A DNA stretch of 64,000 nt, taken from positions 2,374,577 to 2,438,576 of the forward strand of contig BFEA01000020.1 of assembly GCA_003427395.1 (NCBI GenBank). The letters run 5' to 3'. This document shows positions 1 through 12,831 of the stretch, piece after piece. A program made the translations under genes and the position numbers. This DNA comes from Chara braunii. Its lineage: Eukaryota; Plantae; Charophyceae. Below the pieces are notes generated by a model. It did no database searches. It was not told the origin of the DNA and saw only the letters and a list, made by a program, of their open reading frames with translations. The stretch's first letter is position 1. Each line of letters begins with the position of its first letter.

Positions 1-46
<46 letters not shown>
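1..46. repeat. (TC)n microsatellite
   Basis: Direct reading of the sequence. Confidence 0.95.
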
Positions 47-47
<1 letters not shown>

Positions 48-433
48 CGCGAGCTCTTAGTCTCATTGATTTGGCTACCTTAGGGCTGCGTTCCCCGCGC
101 CCACGCAGTAGACAATATTATTTCTGGAAAGAACACGACCTCATCTATGGATTCTCAAAATTTTATATTTTTGTGCACGTTCGTTTGAGCACAGAAAATC
201 GCCAAAGTTGCCTCTTGCAAAACGCCTATTTCGTTGTGCCTGACCTCCCTGTTTTGAGAAGACGGGGCTCAATGCCTNGNCCTGAGGGCCCTTTTGCAGT
301 TCACATGCCCTCACTTCTTTTTGGGGTCCGCTTCTACCCGGGGTCCGGTCCAACGCCCCCCACTTCTTTTTGGGGTCCACTTCCACCCGAGGACCGGTCC
401 TTCCTTTTTCCAAAAGTCCCGGTTCTAGCAGAG

Positions 434-3400
434 CTAGCTGTAGGTAGTCCGCAGTTTTGACAAGGACCGGTCCCCCAAAAATTTTAGCCCCCTAAGAACC
501 CATTTTCCGTCCTGGTCGCCCGCCGCCAAAAATGCGACACCTTGACACAGACGTGGAAGCCCACTATACCGCAGCCTAAGGGCTGCGAATAGCTGTTCCA
601 GATCTCGCAGGACCAGGCGCATGGGCGTGGTAGGCTTCAAAGGGCCAGACCATTTTGTGGGCTCTGCAGTGTTCAGGGGTGTCCATCAGGTGGGTTTCTT
701 GGACGCAGATCATGTTCGGCCAGGTGCGCACCCCTACTCCCCTGAGCAGATCCCTGATTGCTTGGGACTTGTCAGGGTTGAGAGTGGCTAGCCCATTGAC
801 ATTGAGGGACCTCAAGTCAAGGTCTGCGCTCCTAAGGACATTGTGCCAGGCACGATTACGGCCGTATAACGCTTATATCCAGTCCATTTTCTTCCATCCT
901 TTCTACCCGTTGTTGTCCTTTTAAAGCAGGTGCCAGTTATGTTGATCCCAAACCACCCCATCGTTTATGACATTCCTCCTGAGGATGGAGCAAAGGCAGA
1001 TAAGGAGGTCAGTGTTGGACCAAATATATATAGGATGGACTCTTGCTATTTGCAGGTCCAGCAGAGCATTATGGTTCATCCATATGAGGTCTGCCTCCTT
1101 TTCGTCGTCAAAGAGGATATAGAGGACGTTGTCAGCTATTCGGCAGGAGCCCGATCCAACCCTGATCATGGATTTGGCTCCTGCCCCGTAGTGAGAGGTG
1201 ATGCATTCCTTGGCTTCTTTTAGGCTAAAACCCCCTTTCCCTTCCAGGTCGTGATGCAGCCGCCACCCGTGGAGTGTGACCTCCCCCCGACTTTGTGCAT
1301 AGTCGCCCCGTTCTACCTGGGAGAGGCCGACTTCCCATTTGCCATTTTTTTTTCTCAACAGGATCGCCAAAACTTTATTTCCTATGGGGAGGGGACCCTG
1401 CACGACGCACCACACGGGAGATGGCGCAGGGGGGGGAGGGGGCTGGAACTGACTATGCACAACGCACCACACGAGGTGCCAGGTTTCTTCTGGGTTTGCC
1501 GTGTGGGGCAGCCCATGTTCGAAGAGCCATTCTGTCAGGGTCTTCATCCTATCTCCTCCCTCCTCTTGTGTTTCCGGGGACGAGTCCGTCATGATGATGT
1601 CTGGGGGGGGAGTAGGGGGGGCCGGTCCTTCCAAAGCCTCCACGTCCATGGGTTGGGGTCCGAAGGCTTGCTGGAAGGGGTCTCCCTCCTAGGGGGAACC
1701 GAAGGTTGATGGGGCTCCCCATCGTTCTTTACCTTCATTCCCCCTTGTTGTTCTGCTGCTATCCCCCCGCTATCATCCTTTTCCTGTAATAATGCTGCTG
1801 TTCCCTCGCATACGGTCCTGCTCTCTGATGGGCCCTGCCCAGCCTGTACAACCACCTCCCATGTCTGAACCGTGTCTGTCTGGTCTTGTGCTGTCAACGC
1901 CCCAAAACGATTCAGATTCCTCACTCCATTCTGTTTTATTACCGTGTTGCTTTTGGCATGCTTGCTTTTTCGCACCTGCGATTTCTGGGGTGCAGGTGAT
2001 TTTTTAGCGATGACAGCCTTTGTTGATTTTTTCGAGGGGACTGTTTGCCATATTTCTGTTGTATCTGACTTTTTCACATAGTGTTCGGGGCGTGGTTCCT
2101 GCAGCTTTCCGTCAGGCTTGGGGGCCAAGGATTTCGGCTTCTCCCCCAAAAGCTCTTCGACAGAGTGCGGTGGTTTCCAATGGTCTGGCGGTCTGCTATC
2201 CACGTTGATTGTTTCTTTCTTTTCCCATACCCACCCCTTGACGTGCCCCCCTTCCGCAGCCTCATCGATATAAACCCACCCTTCGTGACCCGGGTCCACC
2301 GTCCGCCAATGCGTTGCTTGGAACGGGTCGCGAAGGAGACGGCTTGTGGCTTTGATACGCTTGGCCGGATGATGAGGACAGTCTGTTTCGGAGGCCCTGT
2401 GCCCATATGACTGGCATTTGAAACACCAGGGATGCATTTTGTGCGCTGTATGGATTTTGAACTCCTTACCCCCTATCCTGAAGGGGATCACATCATCGAT
2501 GTGAAAAACCTGACCTGGTAGTAGGTCCAACGCTATCATTAGATAATCATCCCGCGGTGCAATGTACGGCGGCAGGGGGTCAATGAAGTCCACTATGTCG
2601 TATTTCTGTGCTAGATCTTGCACAAACGCCGCCTGGATTTCGATCGGGATGTGGCGGTAAGCTGTTCCCGTTTCTCTTCCTTACTTTGTTGTCTTTGCGG
2701 CGACCATGGGTAAATTCTGACCTCTGACCGGCCACACCACACATTGCGCCAAGAGTCCATCAGTCGTTTGTCTGTGTCAAACATACATATTACTGTAAAG
2801 ACTGACGACGAAATCGGCTGGATCAGAAAGAAACCTCTTGCCCCCTCTTCGTTACCTTTGAGAGCTGCGAGTCGCTTTCTGATCCATCCGACTTTGTCGT
2901 TGGCTGACTTATAAGCGGCGGCGTCGTAGAACGCCAAATTGCTTGCGTGACGGGTGTACAGTTCGTCCCTCTCTCTAATTTTCGACATGGGGAGCGTTTC
3001 GATCTGCTGTTTCCTACCTCCATAACTCACTATTTGATCTTCTGATCTTGTGAGCAGCTTGGTCAGGAAAAAGGCACTGGCAGTTGTGAGATTGTCGAGA
3101 GGGATCTGCCAGTTTGGTTCTTCGGCTTTCCCTTCTCCTCGCGGGACGGATAATGTCTCTCCTGTATGAAGGCGTTTAACCTTGTCTGCCCATGAGGTGG
3201 AGGGCGTCGCTGTGTTAATTTGGGACTCAATTCTGTCTTTGGTTGATTGCATCTGTTCGGGACCCCGGGAGGCGGCGCCCTGGGAGCTCAAAACCGTCTC
3301 TGCTCCCTGCTGTGGGTTATGCAGTTGATTTGTCATGGCGGTCTCAGTGTGCGGCGGGTCCTTTGGCAGTGGTCGATCCCTCCCTTGCGGGGGGTGGCGC

Positions 3401-3450
3401 ATAGCGCCTTGGTAGAATAGTGTAGACCGAGCCGGCTTTTTTCCGGTCGC
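434..3450 (-). mobile_element. Decayed L1/Tx1-like non-LTR retrotransposon, 5' portion (ORF1/gag, zinc knuckle, extra domain, start of APE endonuclease)
   Basis: Frameshifted minus ORFs 2611-3705, 1589-2623 (WCFKCQSYGHRASETDC knuckle), 921-1649 and 576-815 (SLNVNGL...ICVQETHL...SGTAI, APE motifs). Coding signal is lost near 450 and no RT is present. Confidence 0.8.
576..815 (-). pseudogene. APE-type endonuclease N-terminus of LINE
   Basis: LRSLNVNGL, ICVQETH and SGTAI motifs; continues after a frameshift as DQDGKWVLRGL. Confidence 0.8.
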
Positions 3451-3609
3451 AGTCCCTCGCACTGAAGAGGTCGTCATCCAGTTTTTGTAGAGCAGCAAAC
3501 TCTGTTGTGCACACACGCTCCCACCTGCCCCGCAAAAAAAAAAAAAAAAAAAGGGGGGGGGCCTGACTCCGCCTTCTCTGCACTTTTGGGGACACTCCCA
3601 CTCGTCAGA

Positions 3610-3647
3610 CTGTCTCTTATACACATCTAGATGTGTATAAGAGACAG
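3610..3647. other. Nextera mate-pair junction adapter (two Tn5 mosaic ends), assembly artefact
   Basis: Exact CTGTCTCTTATACACATCT+AGATGTGTATAAGAGACAG, flanked by a direct duplication of about 151 bp (3459-3609 and 3648-3798). Confidence 0.97.
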
Positions 3648-5339
3648 GCACTGAAGAGGTCGTCATCCAGTTTTTGTAGAGCAGCAAACTCTGTTGTGCA
3701 CACACGCTCCCACCTGCCCCGCAAAAAAAAAAAAAAAAAAAGGGGGGGGGCCTGACTCCGCCTTCTCTGCACTTTTGGGGACACTCCCACTCGTCAGATG
3801 GTCAAACCTTTATCCGGTCTCTTCCTATCCCTCTCCCCCTCTCTCTTTCTCTTCCCTCTCGCCCACTCTCTTTTTCCTTTCTCTCTCCCTCTCTCTCTCC
3901 TCCTCGTCCCTCTCTCTCTCTCTCACCCTCCACGAGCCTCACTCTTGTTATGCCCCCTCTCCTCGATTTGCCACCTCTGCTTTTCAAAGATTGGTTCGAT
4001 CGTGTCTTTAGCCAACCCTTTGTCTTTCTTGCAGTCGGTAGACTCTCGTCCCTCTCTTTGTTGAAAACCTAGCGTCTAAAAAATGATGTTGCCCGCCTGC
4101 TGTACTTCCTTCCCTGCACTATTCCTCGCCTCTGCCTTTGCAGGGCTACTTCAATCGCAATCTCCGTTTGGCATTTCTTACTCCGCTTCCTTTATTTCGT
4201 CCTCCCCTGATCGTCGTTTTCCCCGCCTGTCGTTCTCCATGCCCGTCACACTGTTGTCATCCCTGTCGTCTGTAGAGAAAACCGCGCGCTGGCTACTCAC
4301 AACTCCCTCCCTCGGCAGCTATGGATGCCTCCACCCCAAGGCGTGGGCGGGCATGGTTGTCCGCGGACCACCTGCGAGGACCCCAAGGTGCCAGTTGACC
4401 GGCCACACCGTCCTCGCGATGCCCCGCGGCGCCGCGGCGCCGAGCGGACCCAATTAGACTCTGGAAAGAAAATAAACTGAAATATGACGATAGGATCGTG
4501 GCTCACTATGGATTCCCGTTAGGGCACGCAGTGGATAGATCCAGCAATGCTGATTCAGTTCTTGGGGATGAAACTTAAACCACCAGTACACCCAAGCCTG
4601 GTGGACTGGCATTGCGTGCCAAGCTTTGCTGAATCGCCAGTGGCGCACTTCTTTTCTTTTTCGGCTGGTGCCGCCAGCCATTGTGGTCTGGTAGCCCCGG
4701 GCCTCCAAACTTTTCGGAGCGAGTCATTGGTTCTCTCAAGTTACCTGGGTTGGTGTGCTGGCGGTTTAACATCAACAAGGGTTGGCACTCCGAGCCAGCA
4801 GTCGTTCTTCTCTCCTCCATGCTAAAGAGAATGCAAAGTTAGCAACAAACCAGCACTTCCATAATGGGTATCTTTAAACAACTCGGTGCTAGCTAGCCAT
4901 GATGTAGTACACTACGGCGATCTGGTTCGCTTAGGAGAACCAAAGGGAACCTTTCTACGCATAAGTAATCCAGATAAGGAATGGTTCATCCACAGGGTAG
5001 CTTGGGAATGGTAACATAACCCAAAAGTAAAAAGGGCTTACGAATTCTAGACCCAACCCCACAAATCCAAGCCCTACTGAACAAGTGGTTAGCGAGCGGG
5101 ACTAATTATCCACTTCGACCTTCCTTGGTTCCAACTAGCACTTAGGCAAATCAGAGAGCAAGCACCCTTCCAATCTCTCAAGAGTAAATACCATGCAAGC
5201 ACTGCTAGGGCTCCTTTTCGTTACTCAAGCCAAATTGGCCCCTCCCAAGTAGTAAACATATTGAGAACATGGAAGAGGATGTTGACAAAGAGGTGGAAAA
5301 AGGAAGATCCTTATGGAAGAAAATCATTTATAATCAGGG

Positions 5340-5340
<1 letters not shown>

Positions 5341-5408
<68 letters not shown>
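5341..5408. repeat. (TG)n(AG)n compound microsatellite
   Basis: Direct reading. Confidence 0.95.
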
Positions 5409-5410
<2 letters not shown>

Positions 5411-5489
5411 CAGGGTGTAAGGAACTGGCACGGGCGGGTGGAGGTGGGTGCGGGCGGCAAAAATTTCTGTTTCGGGTGCAGGCGAGTAA

Positions 5490-5670
5490 TGATGCCGGCA
5501 ACCGGCCGGTTGGACCAGCCCGGATCCAACTGGGCCGGTTGGACCCCAAGTGGTCCAACTGGAGTTCCGGTTGGCCCAAAACCGTGTCAATTTGTTTATT
5601 TTTTATTTTTTTGAAAACAGGGTTGGACTGCGCTCGCGGATATCTCCCCAAATCCGCAGAGAGAACTTTG
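5490..5670 (+). mobile_element. hAT-like DNA transposon end fragment
   Basis: gccggcaaccggccggttg and gactgcgctc...aatcc match the reverse complement of the right end of the 27726-28903 element. Confidence 0.5.
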
Positions 5671-5944
5671 AACAGAGAAGTTTCATTCCATGTGTGTGTG
5701 TGGGGGGGGGGGGTATGGGGGGGGTGTGAGTGGTGTGGTTGTAGTTCCCTCCTCTCTCGTCTCTCTCTCCTTCTCGCTCATCTCCCGCTCCCTCCTCTCT
5801 CGACTTTCCCTCTCCCTTGGGAGTGTGAGTGGCGTGGTTGTAGCACCCTCCTCTCTCGTCTCTCTCTCCTTTCTCGCTCATCTCCGGCTCCCTCCTCTCT
5901 CGGCTTTCTCTCTCCCCTTTCCCTCTTGTTTCTCTCTTGTTTTT

Positions 5945-5947
<3 letters not shown>

Positions 5948-6018
<71 letters not shown>
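5948..6018. repeat. (CT)n microsatellite
   Basis: Direct reading. Confidence 0.95.
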
Positions 6019-6023
<5 letters not shown>

Positions 6024-6049
6024 TTTGCTTGCTCGTAGAAGGCGAAGAA

Positions 6050-7400
6050 GAACAAACGCGACCGTTGTCCTAGTTAAAATGGTGTCGGAACCCTTGGTTC
6101 TCGAATAAAGTCCGGACCCTTGAGACAGGTACATGACAAGGATATGCACAACAGAGGAATCCGGAAGAAGGAGACAAGAGAGAAGGAAAAGGTCAGACAG
6201 ATGATTAAGATGGGACCGTCGACACCCAAAGTCCCAAGACGGGACTCCAGACCGTCGGGACCAAGAGCCCAAGATGGGACTCAGGATGAGTAGGACGCAG
6301 AGATGGAAGAAAAGAAGGGCCGCACGAGCACAAGAACTTGGAATCGACCGAGGAAGAAAGCCAATAACAGATTGGGCGATAGTTTGAAGGTTCCGGGAAA
6401 ACCCAGAAATGACGGTTTTTCCCATAAGTCACAAAGGAGAGAGAAAAGTGGGCAAACGCGAGCGGAATGACTCCGCTCCAAGGCAAGAACATCAGGAGGG
6501 ACGTTGCCTGCGACATAATAAAAGTGTATGAGCGACAGAGGCCAGTTGCTCAAGTAATTGTTTTTTGAAGCAAGAAAACGGAATGGAGGAAAAAGGTTCC
6601 TGGAAAAACCTGGAAAAAGGTATTTCCCGTAATCACAAGAAAAAGGAAAGAATTGGCAATCGGGGACGGAACGACGTAGTTCCAAGACTGGAACATTTGG
6701 AACATCGGCGCCCACAATATATTAAAAATACAGACGTCACAGGGATCAGATGGATAACATACTATTTTCTGGATCAGGTGGCATGCGGACACGGCAAGCG
6801 GCAAGGATGTCGTCGGCAGACACATGGTGCATGAAAAATACCCTGTGGGGATGGGATCACAAGTGCTGCACATAAATAATAAAGGCGGCCCTCTTCTTGA
6901 GGAAGGAGGACCACTGGAAAAGGCAACACAAGGACGCCGGTACCACAAGCGGATGGGCTCGGTGGCATCAAGGAATTAGTGCCTTGGTGCCACCACTAGT
7001 GTATGGCCTAGGGGGCCACCCAAATACGGCAATGGAAAAACCTAGGTCTAGTGGAACCAAGCAAGGGGGTGCAAGCGAATTAATAGGCTCCAGCTAGACA
7101 AGTGCCCAACCACAAGGGATCTGAGAAATGGTGGTCACTTGAGTGCCAGAATGTAAGAGGTTAGAATTTCTAGGCCTTGAAATTGAGAAGGGACTCAAGA
7201 GGGATGCAACGGATCACAAGGGCCTTAGTTTTTAAGTGCCCAGGTACAATGAACCTGAAAAATGAGGTTCTAGTGTGATCCGGGATAAAACGGCCAGCAA
7301 AGGCAAGGAGAAAAGGGCCTAGAGGTAGAATGGGAGAGGTAGGAGAGTGTTGGAGTGGAAAAAGGGGCAAGCCGCCACATCATGGTCAACTTGCCCCTTC
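6050..7400 (-). mobile_element. Probable heavily decayed LINE ORF2 C-terminal and 3' fragment
   Basis: Broken minus ORFs with IPTGYF..CTMC...H..C, resembling zf-RVT; many stops. Confidence 0.35.
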
Positions 7401-7659
7401 ACCATGAGAGCTCACACAAAACCGACACCAAGTTCAGAGATACAGAGTCCAGATTAGCGCAGCTCATAAACTTCAATGAATGATCGTATTATACTAGCCA
7501 GAGTCCGAGTCACCAAGCGCTCATCAGCGCAACACCATATTATACAGATTCTGAGTTTGAGTCACCAAGCGCTCATCAGCGCAGCACACAGCAACCTCAA
7601 TCAGGTATGTAACTCTCTCCCTCTCTTGGCTTATGCCGCACAGCCTCGCTGCCTCGCTG

Positions 7660-7714
<55 letters not shown>

Positions 7715-7969
7715 ATGAGGATCACAACCCTGGATACATCCGCCTCCTACACATGCTCTACTACTACTACTACTGTGTGGCTATGGCCGCCTGTCTTCCA
7801 CAGCACAGCGCTGCCCAACAGGGCTCTGTAGCACTCAGTCACTCGCAATAGCGCACAAGCACCAGCAGCGCTTCCACCTTCTTGCGAATGAGCAATCTGT
7901 TCGAATGAGGCTGGGCCAGTCTTCTTATTGACTTGGACTGGCCCGACTTCACTTGGCCTTTTGCTTGAC

Positions 7970-8230
7970 TTGGCTTGGGCCTGACTTTGTGTGGCACCGG
8001 TCTCCCGCGGCCTGTTTGCTTTTGGAATACTGAGGCCCAGTACCTTCCAGACCTTTCCTTGGAGCGCTGCTGCATTTGACTGTGGGACTGGACTTTGAGG
8101 CCGGGTACCGGTTGAATTTTGACCTACGTGGCCTCAGGGGTACCCGACTCGACACCTTTTCTGTTTCAGCCTTCTTGGCCTGTTTTGACTTGGGGACATT
8201 GACCCTGGGAGTCGAATTTAGGGGCTGCAA
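7970..8230 (+). repeat. Dispersed repeat (LTR-like), copy 1
   Basis: Clear colinear similarity to 14775-15035 (ggcctgtttgct...ccttccagac...ttgactgtgggactggac). Confidence 0.7.
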
Positions 8231-9083
8231 AGTGAAAATGCCTTTCAGTAGCTTTATTTGGCGAGTTTCTTATTTTAGCAGGCGCTTTTCAAGCTGCGCT
8301 CAATGGGGCAGCTTTTGCAGCCATTGGAATTGATTTTAGGAGCAGCTTATTCCATTTCCCTTTCCAGGATATCAAATCCATTACGGTGCCAATATATAGG
8401 CTCAGACTCTTCAGAGTCACTTTACAACTTGCTGTGTTGCAGGTGTCTGCCAGTGTGACCTCCATGGAGCAAGCCTTCCTTTGAATGTGTTCCCGTAAAC
8501 CAGCGTGCGAAAGAAAAGCCCGGCTGTGAGAATTGTGAATAGCGCCACATGCTAGAACGTTGCAGGGTGTCCAACTCTTCTTCTGCTTCTCTGTGTTCTT
8601 CTTCTTCTTCCTTCTTCTTCTTCCACATTCTTTCGTTGGTGGCTATGAGAGCAGGTTTGAAGGATCAGTGCCTTGGGCTGTGAGAGAGACATTGTGTCCA
8701 TATGTAGCAAGGGATTTGGAGACTCATTGAAATTCTTCTTCTTCTTTTTTCTTCTCCTTCTCCTCCTCCTCCATCATGTGTATTGGTCACCTCATATGTT
8801 TGTGTACGTTGGGAGACAGCTTTCACCCTTCACCTGCTTTGGCTTCCATTCCTAGTTGCTTTCCATCTGAGCTTATCTGTTGCCCATTGGCTTCCATCTC
8901 CTTGTTGAGTCTTCCACTACACCTTTGGGTTTTATTAACATCAATGACTGCATTGCCGTTTTTTTGCCTCTTTCAGCCCCACACATACACAAACACCCCT
9001 TGGACTGGTGCAATGACTCTCCAGGCGCACGTAAGGCTTGTTGTCAAGTCTCGTCATCCAACATGCCCTGCTCATTTCCTCAC

Positions 9084-9164
9084 CTGGACCATTATGATGG
9101 GTCCTCCATTTTTGTAAAGAAGAGGAACAACTTCAGGAAGAAGGTGATCCCACCATTCATCAAC
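9084..9164 (-). CDS. BGAL17: GH35 beta-galactosidase (BGAL17-like), coding exon 5
   Basis: cag|VDEWWDHLLPEVVPLLYKNGGPIIMVQ|gtgagg; 81 bp, phase 0/0; GGPIIMVQ precedes the catalytic ENE motif. Confidence 0.92.
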
Positions 9165-10114
9165 CTGCATAACAAGACCCATGGTAAGCGTCAGATCACA
9201 GAAGTGGGCTCAGAGAATAGAAGGGTGCTGGTGGAAGGGCTTGGGGAGGAAGAGGAGGGAGCTGGGGAGGGCTGGGGGAGGGGATAACAAAATACGGTGG
9301 GAATCTGGGAGGGGAAGGAAGAGGCGCTGTTGGATTTATTCTTCTTTTTTTATATAAATTTTATACCTCAGAGTCTGAGACATGATTTATCATTTGTGGT
9401 AAACTTGATAAGCCTGAGCAAACAAGTTCTTGACGCCACTACCCTGCCACTCGGGCATCGTACTCATCTTCATTTACTGAATGCTTGAGGATTCAGGGTT
9501 GTGATTGGCTATGGGGTTTTCAATGGACTGCTATCTATTGCCCAATCGCACTGCCGCCTCAGGTGTTGGTTTGACAAGAACAAGACCTGCAAATGCTCAC
9601 TCAATTTGATTGGTGTTAAAATCCTGGCCAATTTCGAAGTACACAATCATGAGAAAACACAATGCCGTCCAATCGCAAAAAGAAATGAATGAACCGGAGA
9701 GGAGAGAGAGGGAAAGAAGAAGAAGAAGAAGAAAGAAAGAAGAATAAAATGTACACCAGCAAAGACCAATGATAATTCCCTGCTTCTTCGCCAACCACTC
9801 TCCTCCTTATCTCCTCCCCTGTTATTCAAACAAGAAATAATAGTAATAATGTTGAATGGCTGAACCAGAATCAATGTCTGAATCCCTCTTCTACTGCAGG
9901 TATCACATGAGGTCCACCATAGTCATGCCCACCCTTCTTCCTCCTTCCTCCAAGGCCAAGGCTATGGCGGACAGCCAGGGCATTGCCCGGCTGTGCAAAG
10001 GACAACACAAAGCAGCTATGACTCAGCAAAGCATACATTCCATGGGCAAAACTCAGAAATCAGCTGTGTCTCAGTCCGTGTTTCGCAGCTCCTAACATTG
10101 GAGAAGAACAAAAT

Positions 10115-12415
10115 TCAAGGAGTGGCGCAGCGCGACCGGGAGCACCGCGCCGCTCCGCTATCGACATGGGCTGGTTCGTGAGTTGGTGGCGCCTTGACGG
10201 CACGGCTCCCTGCAAGGAATATCAAGGAGTTGATGTGGGCAATGGGGATTATGGCGGCAGGTGATGACGCGAGGTTCCTTTGGTTTTGTCTGGCGCGGCC
10301 ATTGATGTGATGCTTCGGCTGAGGGTTGTTCCAGCCCTGATAACCTAGGCTGAAGAGGTCTCTTGCTCCATGCTTCATTTATGTGGTGTCGCGGGTTGAC
10401 ACGCTAGAGGAAGGGGAGGCTGTCGGGGTGATTAGGATAGTCTTCATGAGATCTTGGGCATGGTAGTGGCCCTGCTCCTATGCTCCTGCGCGAATCTAGT
10501 GGAGGTTGGTTGGGCAGCACGGGCAGAAAGTGAGGAGCATCTTCTCATGCGGAGCGGGGGGAGGGAGGCTTGTTACAAGCTGGAGCGTCAGAAAGAGCTG
10601 GCGGTTTCAAGCATTCGTTTGAGCTGGTTCACCGGTTAAAGACACGGAAGCAGGTAGCGGCGCAAAAATGACAGCGGCAATGGAGCAGGAGAATTTCCTG
10701 CGAACATGTGTGGTGCTCTTTGCGTCGGCTGCCTTTTCAAATTGATTTCGCTGATTTTAATTTTGTATCTTCTAATTTCCTATATTCTTGCTCTAATCTA
10801 GTGCTTACATAATTATAAATTCAGCTTCTCAAATTTGGAAAAATAAACTCACAATCTTATCCTCTATTTTCTGATCAGCCAAATTCTCATTTACATGTAC
10901 ACACATATACACATATCCATGATATCCTTGAATTTCGACTATAATTTCTAAAAGTCCCAACCAAAGTATTCTCATCTACATGTGCACACATACACACAAA
11001 CATATATTATCCATTCTGAATCGCCAGCACAATTCGTAGGGATCTGTTCTATAATTACGTATCCTTGAAATTTCGACTATAATTTCTAAAAGTCCCAAGT
11101 AAAGTTCTATCATGATTTTCTAATCTTGGAACCCGAAAACTTCGGAATCTCTCCGATAATTAGTTTTTTGCTTCTTTCAAATTGGTGATACGTGCACATG
11201 GTGGGAGCTGCCAAACGTTGATTGGCGCAAGGGGCAGGGAAATAATCGTACTAGTCTTACTGCTGCCCTGCGCTTTCTTCAGTGGGTTTTCCTAAAGGTG
11301 TAGGGTGTTTTCGGGGGTTATTGCATATTTTTGAAGAGGCCCTGCTTTTCCAAATTGTGATCGACATTTTGGTTAGTGTGTCATCAATAACTGTAATCAG
11401 CTGGATTGGATCGTTCCCGGAGGCCTGAACGGTAAGAAAGGGGGGGGGGGAGCTCTACAGGGGCATCACAAGGTGGGGGGTGAATGTCTCAAAAAGGGTA
11501 GGGGCGGAGTAGGGGGTTGCCCTATTCTGGGGCAGGGGCTGGCGTGTGGGTCAACATCAGTCCCAGCGGAGGCAGAAATGGGTAAGGGGTGGGGGGGCAT
11601 GCTTTAGGTGGGAACTGCGTGCTCCTGGGGAAAGGGAGGTAGAGGGTTGGTCCTATATTGGGGCCGAGGGAGAGTGGGTGACTCGCCTCGGCGGAGGCAG
11701 TGTAGGGCTGAGGGGGGAGGGGTAGGGGGAGGGAGGGGCGATCTCTCTAGAAGAATTCTAACATCCAATTTCGTATTTCTTTCCATTCGGTTTGCCTCTC
11801 GAGGAGGTTGTAGGAATAGGCGCTATCTGGCAAGTCATCTGTGATCCTGCGAAGGGTGATCAAAAACTCAGTGGCTCTCGAAGATCGATGCTGGAGCAAC
11901 GCTGGCCGGAGCTGGCGCCAGGTGGTGCGACTCTGTGACCTAGCTTAGTGGGGGTGTGAGGCCTGGTAGAGAGATCTGGGGGGCTGTTTGCGGGGGCAGT
12001 CTCAGTGGTCATCGGTGGTCGTAACTGGAGCAATGCTGGCCGGTGCTAGAGCAAGGTGGTGCAACGCTGTAACCTAACCTGATGGGAGCATGAGGCCTGG
12101 GAGAGCTTCGGTTCATGCTGAAAATAGCCATGCTGGTGGTGGTCGTAGGTGGATTGAATAGGCTTCACCTATCTGATTCGTGGTTGGGAGGCTTTTTGAC
12201 ACACATATTCTAGTGACTTGGTAGAGTCTGAGTAGCGGACCATGAATGTTTCTGAGTTCTCCCTTTTCTTCAATCGTTCTAAGCCGAAGGCCGGGTAATG
12301 GCCCCGGTAGGTCATTTTTGTATTCTGATAAGGGACGCTGGGCCTGGTTCCCAGCCGTGTTGCTCCCCACGAATAGATTGGAGCATCGTCTCAACCAAAA
12401 AAAAAAAAAAAAAAG
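10115..12415 (+). mobile_element. Long non-coding poly(A) retroposon (family A), copy 1
   Basis: Ends in gggacgctgggcctggttcccagc...gctccccacgaatagattggagc plus poly(A) at 12397. 11880-12000 and the 5' motif ggcgcagcgcg...gagc..gcgcc match the reverse complement of 42060-45105. Confidence 0.65.
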
Positions 12416-12600
12416 AAGGAAAAAAATTAAAATAATAATAATAATTTTAATTAAACTTATTATTAAAGGAATTAATAAATTAATAAAATGTTAGATTATG
12501 TAAAACATTAAACATTAACTATGTTATTTTAACTTATTAGTCTTATTTACATGAATGCTGGTCAGACACAACTGCAACATGGAGGAAGTAGTCAACATAC

Positions 12601-12683
12601 CAGACGTAAATATGCAGGGTCAGAAGAACGCAGCTCAACATTCTCCGTGAGAAGCCATTCAGGAAAACCTCCAAATTCCCACT
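12601..12683 (-). CDS. BGAL17: GH35 beta-galactosidase, coding exon 4
   Basis: cag|(E)WEFGGFPEWLLTENVELRSSDPAYLRL|gtatgt; phase 1 start matches the end of exon 3. Confidence 0.93.
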
Positions 12684-12831
12684 CTGCATGAAAAGTTGAA
12701 TACAGAAACAAAGGTAACTGCAATTGTCATCTCCTCCCCACCCCCTGCTGCTGATTTTCTCAATGCTTTTGTTTTGTCTCCATCATGAGGAACCTCACAC
12801 ATGACATAAGTGGGAAGGAGAAGCTGACAAG

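Noticed and set aside
3610-3647. Tn5/IS50 mosaic ends as a horizontally acquired bacterial transposon
   Set aside because: Exact match to the Nextera mate-pair junction adapter, with a read-length duplication and no transposase.
4450-5320. Further beta-galactosidase exon or other host gene
   Set aside because: No IENEYG/YTTDG-type motifs or clean exon found; at most a very decayed LINE ORF2 remnant.
5261-6108. ORFs with ERER/SLSL/CVCV runs (also at about 33450 and 39680-40490)
   Set aside because: Translations of microsatellites.
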